Below, in pieces: positions 1 to 12,229 of a DNA stretch of 64,000 nt. The notes beneath the pieces are model-generated. The model searched no databases. It had not been told where the DNA came from and saw only the letters and a list, made by a program, of their open reading frames with translations. Position 1 is the stretch's first letter. The number at the start of each line of letters is the position of its first letter. The stretch is from Amphiscolops sp. MND2022. Taxonomy: Eukaryota. The position numbers and the translations under genes were made by a program. The DNA lies in the NCBI GenBank assembly GCA_964187785.1, contig OZ076409.1, forward strand, positions 43,216,001-43,280,000. The letters run 5' to 3'.

Positions 1-2295
1 TTGCGTAAGGTTTAAACGAAAATGAGAACAGAATCTAAAATGAGCCAAAATGATTTCATACACTTCCGGCAGGACGCTTTGATCACGTCAAAATAGAAAC
101 ATTCGCCACCTGAAAACTTAATTAAGAATACGTCTTGAAACAAAGACCATAGACCGATCTAAATAAAATATATCCAAAATTGTCAATCGGGAAAGAACAT
201 CAATCAGATCTAAAATAGAAAATACATCAAGATGGCACGCTGAAACATTTACGCCTTTTCTAAGAAAGGCAGCTTAATTGCACTTTGAACAGCAATTAAT
301 GTAGAATAGGACGATACCGCGTCGCTGAGCAAACAAATATTAAAGGTACATGCAAATATTACTATAATCGTGATGTCAGCATTCCGCCGCTAACTAGTTA
401 AGGCGGTAGAAAGTATTCCAAATCAGACGTCGGCGTGACGTCACAGCTATAACAGCTAGCTACGTTTCATTCCAAATTTACGTCAATGCAGCGTCCAATA
501 CCAACGGACTAAGGCAAATGCTAATACGTACGTCCACGTTACGTCTAAAATCCATCAAAATAGCTGTTTTAGTCCATCCAGTACAGTGAAATGAATAACG
601 GTATTATAGAAATGACGGAAAGGAAACGTTTAAGGACGATTCCAAGCTGAACTAAGATAAGAACAAAATCTAATAGACTACGTCTAAGCCTCGTCAATTT
701 GAATACTAGCCGATTAAAATCACGTTACAAATAACCTAAATAGGGTTTTTCCTACTCTTTATGACTAAAGTCACCGTTTATTCAAAGAGAGAGTGCTGTT
801 ACTGTACATTTTGTATTAACTATTACAGACTTTGGATACTATTTGAATAACTTGACGTCACTCTGACGTGTTTGTGAAGCAGTGAGATATGAACCGGAGA
901 AAGCTATATTTTTAATAACATAACCATATTTTTGCTAATGCCATGCCCACATTTGTATTTTTCCACTATATCTATGTTCATTGTTGCCTCAATTGTACGT
1001 GAATACCATGTTTAAATACCTCATCATTTGTAGCTACAACCGTGATTAGATGTTTTGTATCGTCGATCTAATTTGACGACATCAGGACGTTAATCTGTAA
1101 TTTCGTGAGATTATGAAGATTTACTTGTGAAGATTTGTACGTCTTGAATTTTCTGATTATCACGTCATATTCCCGTAACCTTTTAGCCAATCTTGTAAAG
1201 GTCAAGTGTTGCAGTTAAATTAATTTAGTATTCTAATGAAAACGTTAATACTCCGTTGACTTGTTCTAATTAGTTAATAATCATCTAAATTGAGTTCAAT
1301 TTAGAAATCGTTGCTAATTCCATAGCTTTCGTTTCCACCACCTTTCCTAGCATCATTGGAAATTCCAAGGCTGATAACATTAGTCATAGCATTTTCTCAA
1401 GTTAAAATTCAAAATCAAGTATTAGTTGTTCACGTCAGCGTCATCTCAGCGTCAATTTCTAACGAACCAAAGCTGTAAAACGGGGAAGCATTTCCGGTTT
1501 GACAGACTGAAGTAATATCTACTTCCTGCTTGGGAGGAAATAAAAAGGACGCCGGGATGAAATGATATGATTATGCTTGATGACTAATATAGGATGAAGA
1601 TCATCGTGTCTCAAAGATTGACGAAAAGTCGACGCAAAATTGGGAAAGAATGATTTTTTCATCGAAAATACAGGAAATGACTAATTGTTCGAAGGAAGTT
1701 AGGATTTTAACTCGTGATCAAATGATGCTAGGAGGGTATATATACGATGATTTTAGTTGGCTGAGGGACTAAGTCTTTTGCAATTGTATTATTCAGTTGA
1801 ATTCTCAATTTCGCTAAACTCTCATTCTTGCCTAATTCTGTTAGAAAATATCTCCGAAAGAAATTCAATTCTTCAAGATAAGCCTTTTCTACAACAAAAT
1901 GTCCACAACAAGAAGCCAGAAAAGAAAGAATGATCAACAAGAAGGTGATAGAAACGTAAGTGAAGGTTTTGTTTCGCCGATAATAATGGAAAACCCCTCT
2001 TCCTCAAACCAGGACGTAGAAGTAGCGGGCCCGTCTAGACCAAAATCTCCCCGAATCGAGAATAGTCTCTTGGAGAGTTTAAGGGTCTCTTTGAAGGAGG
2101 AAATAACTTCCGAGATCAAGAACCTCCTCATTGAGTCTCAGAAGGAGATGTTGAAGCTCCTAAAACCTGAAACAAGAGAGAACGTTAGAGGTAACTTCGA
2201 TGAGGAAACGGAGAACGAAAATAGGGGTTTTTACACTCCGACAAAATCAGTTAGGATAAATTCTACGCAAAACGACACGAATGTATGTCGTAACA
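1..2295 (+). mobile_element. 3' end of a different LTR-retrotransposon family: internal tail plus 3' LTR (~794/797-2295)
   Basis: Purine tract AAAGAGAGAG (784-793) followed by TG(C)TGTTAC; ends TCGTAACA at 2295 (TGTTAC/GTAACA inverted termini); LTR ~1.5 kb; gag-like ORF truncated at the LTR end. Confidence 0.7.
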
Positions 2296-2306
2296 CCTTC
2301 TGCTGA
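1899..2306 (+). pseudogene. gag N-terminal fragment inside the LTR (MSTTRSQKRK...)
   Basis: Basic N-terminus plus coiled-coil similar in layout to MPSTRKQK... at 32349; the ORF ends a few codons past the LTR terminus. Confidence 0.7.
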
Positions 2307-3357
2307 CCATTGAACGTTTTCTGCTCGAAGCCAAGGGCCTGTTTTTTCTTGTTCCAAATTTTCCTTCGGTTACTTTACTGTAAAAGGAACGTGTACACAA
2401 ATACATTTTTCAATCAAATCTAACACGATATTGTTAGAAAACATAGTAATTTAATAAGCAGGTTAAATTCTATCTGTTTTCATTCTTGACAGCCACCAAT
2501 CAACCCCGTACCTGGTACACTACGAAAATTGCCAGTTTGTTCCAAGTTTGAAACTCTTTGTTTAAAACTTTACAACGCTTTGGGTCCGTTTTGTGTCTTT
2601 TTCCGGTTTCTTTCTGCACTTTCTTCTGTTCAGTTATCATGTTTTTCTATGAAATTGTTGAAAATATACTCATTTATCTGTTTTTTTGGTAACGACTTTT
2701 GAAATACAAAGGACCCGACTCTCACGGAGGCATGTTTTCCTGTTTTTTTGTCAGTGGTCACACTTGATGGCCCACTTTTGTTCATAATCAATTGTTTGTC
2801 TCCTGCAATTTGTTCATCTTATTCGAATCTAGACTAGAACACTTCAAAGACTAGAAAGTAGCAAAGTCCCTATTTTTTTGGCACTGTGCGACTTCGTTTA
2901 GAAAAAAACTTGTTTCATCAAACAATCCCCTTTTCAGTTTTTCAACTGTTTTAACTTCGGAAAAATTGTCTACCAAGAAAAGTTCCGCTATTTTAATTTT
3001 TCGGTAATGTGGGAGTTTTTTTAGAATTGTTTCTTCGAAACCTTTTTTTCACAGTTGAGTATTTTTGACTATTTCAGTTAGAGAAAAGCGTTTATCGAGG
3101 CCACAAGGTGCTCTTTTGGATTTTTAAAATGTCTTGAAGTTTCGATAATTTGCTTGAAGCTACTGTGAGCATATTTGGGTTTTTGCGTTTTTTTCAGCAT
3201 TATGCGCTCGATATTTTCTCAGCGGATTCAACTGGTGTGCCTACAATGATCAACTTCCACTGAGAATCAATAAAACGTTTCTGTTGTACATTGTTCAAAA
3301 ACGTGTAAGTTTTCTACAAGCACTATGCTAAGGATCTATAGCTGCAGCTAAAAAACA

Positions 3358-3465
3358 AAAATTTTTGAAAGTTCTCGTGGATATGAAAATCCGCAGAGTT
3401 GAACAAAAACATGTTTTTGTTCAACTCTGCGGATTTTCATATCCACGAGAACTTTCAAAAATTTT
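3358..3465. repeat. 108-bp perfect spacerless palindrome
   Basis: Centre CATG at 3410-3413; arms are reverse complements. Confidence 0.92.
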
Positions 3466-4819
3466 ACAAATTTTGCATAAAATGTTTTTAATGGGCATTT
3501 GAGGCACTTCTTTCTAAATTCTAAAGATCCGTAAAAACAAATGCTCCAGAAATAACTTTCGAAACTGAATAATGTGAACAAACCTTTCATCTTCCAATGA
3601 AAAAAAAAGAAAATGGCAAAAATTAGTTTTAAACACGCAGCTGGAAAATTAATTTTCTTCTAACACAGAATATACGCAGGAAAGAAAGACAAATTGGTGT
3701 TTGAAGCGTTCTTTTTGAGGATTGGAGAAAAAGCTGATTAAATAAGGAACCCACCGCGCTCCAACAGAACGAAGAAAAATGGAACCAACTATTTAAAAAT
3801 CAAAAGAAACAACAAGGTCGAGGAAACATGATAAAACAGAAAGGCGATTAGTGAAGTTAAGGTTCACCCTTTGTTTCTGACAGTTGAAGATGAGATTGCA
3901 TTGTCTGAGAAACACTTGGAAATAAAGATTATTTTGTCTTTGTATACTGAAAAAGACATCAAAGTGAGGATGTAAACAATATTAAGGTAGCTTTGTTGAA
4001 TGCAATTACAAATAAAAGGAAGAAAATTAGCTGTCAGTTTTTCGGTCTTTTTTGCACCTACTGAGATCACACAAAAACCATAAAGACATGCTGCTGAAAT
4101 TATAAAAAAGAAAAAGCTCTGTAGAATTTCTCAAAGAGGATTTTTGATTATCACACAAGGAATTATTGTTTCAAGTAAACCGTTCAACACAGCTTTCGTG
4201 AATCTTGGCTCAAGATACCATCATATGAAAGAAAAGAAAAAATCGAAAAATTCGTTCAAAATCTCAATTTTGATTTTTTGAGCGATTTGAGTTTCACCTG
4301 TAGAAATTGAGGTTTCCTCGAGAAATTGATATTCTCTTTTCATGGTTTCTGATTGAAATAAACTTGCTAGTTGAATTTTTACGCAGCTCTGGTAAATTGT
4401 AACGTTGATGATACCGCAAAAAATTGTCATGTCTGAAAAACCGAGTTAGGTTCTCTGCAGTTAGGTTGTGTTCCATAAAGAATGAAAAACTGTAGGAAGA
4501 AAAACTTCAAAACTACATTCAAGTATCCCTCTAACGGTCTTTTTTTTCAGTAATAAACTTCAAATTCAAAAGGCCCGATTATGAACATCTACAACCAAAC
4601 CTCAAAATGAAGCTCTGAACTTCCATTTGATTCCTCTGTAGAAAACAAAGTAAGGCTTCCAAACACTTGCTTGAAAATTTATAATTCTAAAGACTCCCGG
4701 TGAGCACCAAAAAACTCTTTGCACTGAAATATTTTAGCTACAACATGCTTCAACTATGAAAGTATGACACAACAAAAACTAGCCCAAAAACATGAAAAGA
4801 AGAAAATGAAAAAGATCGC

Positions 4820-5185
4820 TGTTACGACTAGTCATCGGAGAATTTTTATGGGTAGTCGCTTTAGATTTTATTGGTGCTGAGCCTGGTTGTAGGAAAAATG
4901 TTTTTCGTCTCGGACTCCGAGACTTCTATATTACTGTGGTTATCAGATTTTTAGTAACTGGTGCTATTACTTTTAGCATCTTTTGATTTTCAGCGAGAAT
5001 TTTAGTGGGATCTGTCATGATTTCTTTTCTGAGAAACATTCTAATCGCGTTCAGACTTTCAGGATGAATTCTAGCTGATTTACCTGCTACGAGAGTCTCG
5101 ACTTGAACATTCTCAGCTGTAGGAGTTTATAAACTTCTTGAAACTAGCTCTTCGACTGCATTTCTCTTTTGGCCTCCAGTTGTAT
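4820..5185 (-). pseudogene. Degenerate gag N-terminus in LTR
   Basis: Translates TTGGQKRNAVEELVS...VAGKSARIHPESLNAIRMFLRKEIMTDPTKILAENQK, aligning with AGPSRPKSPRIENSLLESLRVSLKEEITSEIKNLLIESQK at 1899-2306. Confidence 0.7.
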
Positions 5186-6918
5186 TTTTTCGGGTGAAAG
5201 AAAGATCTTACGTAAGATTGAATTCTTCAAAGAAAAATAGTTTTGTTTCTGACGTTTGGATAAATACGAATGCTGAACAATTGACTAACTGAAAACTTTA
5301 CATGGATCTACATAATTATATCTTCCTATCATCAATTGTTCCTCATCTAAAAATTCCTAGCTATCACAAAAATCGGTTTTGTTCATCAAAAAACTTCGTT
5401 GATTCATATTATTCCAGTCCCGCTTCTCAAAATCAGGTATCAAAATTCCTAGTCAAGTCGCTTGTCCGTCGACCTTCGTTGAATCAATTTGTTCAAGTTG
5501 ATGTATTTCCTTCAATGTGGCGGTAAAAAAAGAGTGCGCTTGACATTTACTTCGACTAAAGCACGCTGGCATGAACAATTAGTCAATTTCCAAGTTGAAA
5601 ATTTTTGGTAGGAGCAAAAGTATGACTAGCAAAACTAGCAACGTAACCAAAACGGAGCGGATAATTGTGCAAAAAGAAAATGTTCTACATGTTGATGATT
5701 AGGAACCAACGATGTTTGAAAAGTACCTTGGTGGTTACACACAACATTAACTGCCTGGCAACGGCTCAATTCCGATTTCATGTAGCATATTGCAGTTAAA
5801 CAAACGTTTAAGCATATCGGAGCTTTGAAGGTCATAATTTTACCACTATAATCAAATCAATACTAGAATACAAAACTCACGTTCAAACTTGATGATTCAA
5901 ACTAGTTTAACGTTTTAGTTCCAAATTCCAACTCAAGCATTACGTGGAACAGTTTGGTCTAGATTATAAATTTATTACTGCTATAAATGTTACTTGCATG
6001 AAACCTATTGCGAACGGACAACTGGGCATAAATCTTCTGATTATCTGCTCAATTCATTAATGCATCATTTGACAGAGAGCACAGAGGTAAAGATAAGCCT
6101 TTCAAATCATCTTACAACACACCTTTCTATCACATAAGATCACAATCGCGAAAACGTTAGCAAATCGTTACTACTTGAATATTCCTACTGAATTGCGTTT
6201 GAGTCCTTATTTCAAAGATTACAATTTCACAATTGCTCCGTAATATCTCCCATTACTATACATGGGCCGCAAAAGTAAAATTTTATCATCAAGTGTAATA
6301 TGTTTTTATTGTAAACTAGTCTCGAACCGTATTTTAGTCGAGGAGTGTAACGTGTATTAGCTATTCTATTGCGTATTTCAGTCAAGCAGTGTAATGCAGA
6401 TTCACGAATTTCAGCCATTAAGTGTAATTTGTAAAGAGTGTATTCCAGCTAAGAAATTGTGTCAAGTGTAAATCAGTCAAACTTTAACTAGAATTCACTT
6501 TTTAATGAATTTAGAAAATTCACGGCGTCTGTTCTAAAATTAGCTACAGCTAACTAGCGGTGCGACGTACGGACTCGTCAGGCGTTGGTAGAAATCATTC
6601 CAAATCGTTTAGTTGTGACGTCATAAATTGTTCTTATTGGCCCAAGCCCAAATATACCAGCTATGCAGGAATATTATTGGTCTGCTACATATGTAGCTTA
6701 GGATACTAGTTTAACTAGAAGACGCGGTCATTACGTTGTGAATATTTCTTAGGTTACTTCGCTGTTATTTAAGTAATTTCAGACAACTACTCCAAGCTCA
6801 CAACTCCGTTGTACTATTTTTATCCTTGCTCCAATGTTAGGTTGTATGAATTCTTTAACATTACGGGGTCAAATATTGCCTTGAGTATTTTCTTTACAGG
6901 GTGGGAAAAGCCAATATC

Positions 6919-7409
6919 AACAAGTCGGGAACGGCCCAAGTCGGCACAATATCTAAGGCTCAAAAATAGCAAGAGGACTTCAATATGTCAAAGTATTGGT
7001 GAGTTGGGGACCCTCTTTTGAAAAAATATTTTCGGAAAAAAATCACACAGTGCCAAAAAAAGCTAAAAGGGGGGACCCTTAGGGATTTTACAACATCCAT
7101 TCTGTCGCAAAACAGCAAAAAAATGAAGGGGGGCCATTGGGAAAATTTGTTTATCGGAAAAAGTCTCACAATGCCGAAAAAAACTGAAAGGGGGGACCCT
7201 TTGGTCTCGCCCGGTATGGTATGTTACGCGGTAAAACAGGAAAAACCTTTTTGGTTCAGTTCGCTATGCCAAATGGCGCAATTGGGTGCGATAATAATTT
7301 CTAGAACTTTTGTAGAACTATTTTGGTCAGTTCAGGAGGTCTTAAAAAACACTGACGAAAAGCCATGACTATAGTCGACTCTTTTCTAAAGAAAAGCGCC
7401 AACTAAAAA
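6919..7409 (-). mobile_element. DINE-1/HINE-like non-autonomous element
   Basis: Terminal hairpin, subterminal inverted repeat (AGTCGGCGC/GCGCCGACT type), T-run ends and GGGGACCCTTT core repeats; many copies in the window. Confidence 0.65.
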
Positions 7410-9699
7410 TGGGAATTTACTTAGAGTTAGACCGGATGCTTTAGTTTTGGAAGTTCTCTTGGTTCATATTTTACGTTGCGCTTGCTTTAACTTTTTGGTT
7501 TAGAGTTCCTTTAACTTTGTTTAGCTTTGGGGTAAATAGGTTTGATGAACTAACTCTTTTTTTGTGAAGGTAAAACGTTCAATAATTTCTCTGGTAGCCG
7601 TGTCTAGGGCCTCTTGCGAATTAATGTATTCCCTCGTCGCAAGTGGTGCATCTACCGGGAGCGGGCCGTAACAGGGCGCCTCTGCTTTTCGATACTGGAA
7701 TTTCTCTGACAACTCGTATCAGTTGTCTCCTTCATCTCTCTATCTTCTGAGACGCATTTTTTCCCACTCGGCCTGCATGCGAACAGAATTGAGATTCGTG
7801 CTCGAAAGGGATCCCGTAAGTTTCTTCAATCTCTTCAATGCTTGGTTCGTAGAGATCGTTCAGTTTCTCTACCTTCGTAGGTGGCAGAAAGTCGGGAGGT
7901 GAGACCTTTGTACACTTTGTTAGGACTGGGGCGGGTTGCAGAGGACGTAGGCGGCACGGAGAATCCGCTACTTCAAAGTAGCTGCTCTCTGACTCAGGGG
8001 CAGCTTGCCCTTCTACTAAGGAAGCTATTCTTCCTTTGCAGATTGAGGGAAAATGTCGATTCCGACTTTCCTCGGAGAATACTCGGATCGAAATGTGGAA
8101 GCCAAGCTATCTAAGCTCTCTCCACTGCCCTTCGTCGCTTTCGTACACGATCCGCTCAGTTTCAACGCCCTTATCATATTCAGTGGCAATGTTGTTATGG
8201 GGGTGATTTGAACAACATTCTCTTGCTCGTCCAAAGAGATGTCGAATATTGAAATGTTTTCGTTCATTCTGTAGGATTTGCAGAGGTGATTCTTGAAATT
8301 GAATCAACTTTTTTTGATTATTTGGACGACAATTGGAGAGGTCCACTTTCCGTTTGCCGTAGTTTTTGGGGATTTCCTTTGAGTAACTTTCCATGACATA
8401 TCCGTTGGTATCTATTCGGGAAACGTTTGGTTTCCGTGTGTGCTGTGAATGGCTCAGACGAAACAGAATGCTGTTTCCGTTATTCTCAGCTATGTCGTTA
8501 TGACGTCATCAATTCTTTCCCTTCGGAATTATGTCCATATGACGTCACTGTTCCATAGTGGTTTTTTCTTGAGTTTTTCCTGTCTTTTTCGTTCTTCTAA
8601 TTTCTATTTTTTCTTTTAGATTGCCTTCCACGAAGTCTGCATCAGGTTTTGTCAGCGGCAATGAGACGACGTATGCTTAGATTGAAGAAGATTTGCAGCA
8701 GTACGAGGGGGAGATTGGTCACGCAAGAGCCGGCTGGTAATTTTCCTGACTTTCATGAGTAATTGGACTATTGTTTGGTGATCAGCCCTAATAGTCTTAC
8801 CCGTATACCTGACGCGTCTGAATCAGATCTTGATCTTCAGTAACAGCGATTCTAGCTCCAGTGACTGCCGTCTTGGGAGCCTCAATCCCGAGTGATTTTC
8901 TACTCGCCGGTGTTGCATTTTCCTTATCTGGGGCTGATGTTAGATTGGAGCCTCATGGAGATGAGGCTGATCCCCACTCCCAGGGGATTGGAGAAGGCAG
9001 TCCGGAAATTGACGTTTTACTGCAGACAGTGACAGAGAGAAGTTCGTGAGTATTGTTATGGTGCTGTCTTTCATGGGTATGTTGGTTTGTTGTTATAAAA
9101 TTGTGTTCGTATTTGCAATATCGATCCAAGTTACCTTGGTGAAAAGTATCCGTGAAGTTCACTGCTCCGCCTGAACAGCGCGGAGCAGTCCATTACATAC
9201 GTTGCCCGATTTTATGGAAGGCGTTTGGAGTGGTTAGGTATTTTTTCCTCTTGTGGTCTTTCTTTCCTCACTGTCGTCCGTTCTGTTGTTAGCTTGAAGT
9301 TTATTCTGTTGGCGAATGTGGTTGGTGTTGTAACCTTCTGGTTTGTGTAGGTCAGGAGGAGGATTTGGCAATCAGTGCAGTTGGGACTCCGATACGTCCG
9401 CGTTATCTTGTGCACTTTGGTCAGCAGCTACTCGAAGAGGTCGAGAGTCGAGCTTTTCAACGTTTTAAAACAGGTGGGTTGACAATTTTGTTGAGTATTA
9501 CCACGACATGACTTTCCGTAAAATGGGTCTTGTTTTTCGATCTGGTTTTGGTTTTTTTCTCCGCTGTTGTTGTCGTTGTTTTCCTCGATAGTCAGATGTT
9601 GACATGCAGTTTACGGGACTTAGTAAGCTCACAGAGGAAGTTGGAGATCGCTGTCACTGCAGAGTGCGGAAATACAGCAGTCACAATCTGCACAAACGT

Positions 9700-10830
9700 A
9701 TGTTGCGGTTAAATCCTCTCTGCTCCGAGCTTGTCAATGGGTCCAAGTGAGGCAAAGCGATGTTCTTCTTTTGCCTAGTTTGCCATCGGGATGTCTCGGT
9801 AAAAGCACACGGATCAGGCGATTTCAAACAATATTTCTGGTCAGATGGACATCGGTTTCGGGAAGTGTGCTACCGAGTGCACATTGGTCTTCCTGTGTAC
9901 ACTAGGCTTATGGAGCCTATGGAACTCTCACATAATCAAGAGGCAGAATACTGTTCGCGGCCCTTCGTGGACTTGGGTGAGGAATTTCTATTTCCGGAAG
10001 ATTTGGTGTCGAAGCATTCCTGGGTGTAGTCAAAAGCTTTTTTCATGACTTTGGTTCCCTGCGTTTGTGACTGCCTTCGGAGTGGCCGTCACTTTGGTTT
10101 GTTGCGCCCAATGTGGGGCCTTTTTTGCTGTTCTTTGGATGAAAAATTCCCATAATTCACTTTGAGCTGTAGCAGATCGGAGACTGTAGTTACTGTTAAT
10201 TTTGATTTTCCGTCTATTAACTGTGCTTGTGGTATTTGGGACTTTTATGTTGCAGTGTTTGGTAGTCCAGCGAGTGTTATTGACGGTGAGTCCACGGGAG
10301 TCTTTTCATTATTTTTGTTGTTTTGTTTTAGGCTTTGCTGTATCAAGCGCTTGTGCAGCGATTATTGCGACTAGTTCTAGGGAGTAACGCTGCTAACAAA
10401 GAATACAGTGTCCAATTCGAGGAGGATGGTTCGCGAGATCCTTCAATGGTTCGTGAGGCTTGAGGACAATTGCGTTGATGGGAAACGTTTGTTGCGTACC
10501 GTGGGTTCGACGAAGATGTTTTCATTCAGTGTCTGAGGCAGGCCCACCAAGACGTCTTCGGAACCGTCGAGGTGACGAAGCTGGTCGTGTATACCATCCT
10601 CGGGTTGAAGAGCGCGATTTACGAGGAGTGAACGGAGGACGGGGTTCTGTGGTTGAGATGTAATCGTCAGGGCTTCGTCGTTTTCAGGGACCTCCGCGAT
10701 GTACTGACAGACTTAATTGATTTGTGGCTTTCAATTCGCCCGTACGTCCGTTGTACAGGATTGCCAAACGTGAAAGACAAGATTGATAGTCTCAGTCTCG
10801 TTTGTTATTGTTCCTACAATTGCGCATCTA
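9700..10830 (+). pseudogene. Divergent paralogue of the antisense BED/hAT-derived accessory gene (decayed)
   Basis: FFCLVCHRDVSVKAHGSGDFKQYFWSDGH matches FYCQICKGNSSIYGRGAREILRHHATERH; PFVDLGEEFLFPEDLV matches PLVDLGEKLPFYEDYL; after the acceptor TTTTAG| at 10331, ...KEYSVQFEEDG matches GEYSLEFVKQG. Confidence 0.75.
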
Positions 10831-11694
10831 TTTTTTTGGTCGGCGCTTTATCCTCTTGCGGAAAAATGCCCGACTAAAGCAGTGACCTTTTTTAATCGGT
10901 GCTTTTCCTTTAAGGGAAAAATGCCCGACTATAGCAGGGACTGTTTTTTTCAGACTACAATTCTCACACTGATCGGTCCATTTTTTTAATAACAATCCTG
11001 GAACCACCACCTAAGGCCAAGTCCTGCCAAGGCAAACTTAGTCCAAACTTATTCCTCCCTTTCTTTTTTACTTTTTCAAGGAAACGTACAAAACCGGACG
11101 TGCCTAAAGGGTTCCCCTTTGGATTTTCTTTGACACTGTGCGACTTTTTTTGAAAGAAAAAAATTCAAAGTATTCAAGTTTTTTTTCCATAAAAATGTTT
11201 TGCGCTTTTTTGAGCCTTAGAAATGGCGCCGACTTTAGACGTTCTCGTCTAGTTTTTCTTCAGACTACAATCCTCACACTGATCGGTTCTCTTTTTAGAA
11301 ACAATCCTGAAACCATCTAAGGCCAAGTCCGGCCAAGGCAAACTTAGTCCAAAGGTTCCCCCTTTCTTTTTTCACTTTCTCAAGGTAACCTACAAAACCG
11401 GACGGGTCGGGTCTAAAAGAGTCCCCCCTTTCAATTTTGTTTCGGCACTGTGCGACTTTTTTTGTATAAACTTTTAATGTCTCAAAAGAGTCCCCCCTTC
11501 GAGTTTTTTCATATATTGCAACTGAATGTATGTTAACAAAGTCCAAACGGTCCCCCTTTTACATTTTTCGGCACTACGCGACAATTTCCGAAAGAAAAAA
11601 AATTTCAGAAATATCAAGTTTTCCTCCCGAAAAAAATGTTTCTCGCTTTTTGAGCCTTAGATATAGCGGCGACTTTAGAAGTTCTCGTCTTATT
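10830..11694 (+). mobile_element. Tandem/composite DINE-1/HINE-like elements
   Basis: 5' hairpin (A/G)GTCGGCGCTTT...AAATGCCCGACT and 3' GCGCCGACTTTAGACGTTCTCGTCT ends. Confidence 0.7.
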
Positions 11695-11917
11695 AATCTT
11701 TTGTTTTCCATGTTTTGCATCTTCATACAATTTTAAGTTGTTTTCAATTGCTGGTACCCAGGTCCGGGTTTGTCACTTTTCACTTGAGATGCCTTTATGT
11801 GACTGATATCAATGAGAACTCGCAAAGGAACAGGCAAATCACTTTCTAACATACATTTTGGATGCAAAAAAGGCACAGTTGAAATACTTGATATCACCAA
11901 AGGGTGATACAGTGGTT

Positions 11918-12210
11918 AACAAGACGCGAACGTCTAAAGTTGGCGCTATATATAAAGCTCAAAAAGCACAGTTTTTAAACCTGTAAAAGGGGACCCTTCG
12001 GGCTTTTTTAAAATCCAGTTTGTTGCAAAATATCAAATAAATTGAAGGGGGATCCTTTGAAGACAAAAAAAATCGATTTTTTTTTACTTTTCGAAACAAA
12101 ACGAAAAATGAGAATTTTGAACAGTCTCATAGTGCCAAAAAACATAAAAAGGGGAGACCCTTTGGGCTTTTTGGCACTTTAGTTTGCAGCAAAATATCAA
12201 AAAAAAACAT
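11918..12210 (-). mobile_element. Truncated HINE-like element
   Basis: AACAAGACGCGAACGTCTAAAGTTGGCGC terminus and GGGGACCC cores. Confidence 0.6.
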
Positions 12211-12229
12211 GAAATGTTGCTTTTAACCT

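Larger units (their letters stand above)
4820..10830 (-). mobile_element. Decayed 3' half of another LTR-retrotransposon family in reverse orientation: LTR (~4820-6120), broken 3' ORF (~7500-8400) and antisense accessory gene remnant (~8600-10830)
   Basis: Minus-strand terminus ...TCGTAACA at 4820; degenerate gag N-terminus homologous to the ORF at 1899; plus-strand BED/hAT-like fragments. Inner LTR boundary uncertain. Confidence 0.65.

Noticed and set aside
7018..7368. 116-aa ORF and similar ORFs at 11.1-11.7 kb and 55-57 kb
   Set aside because: They lie within HINE-like repeats; frames are not conserved between copies.
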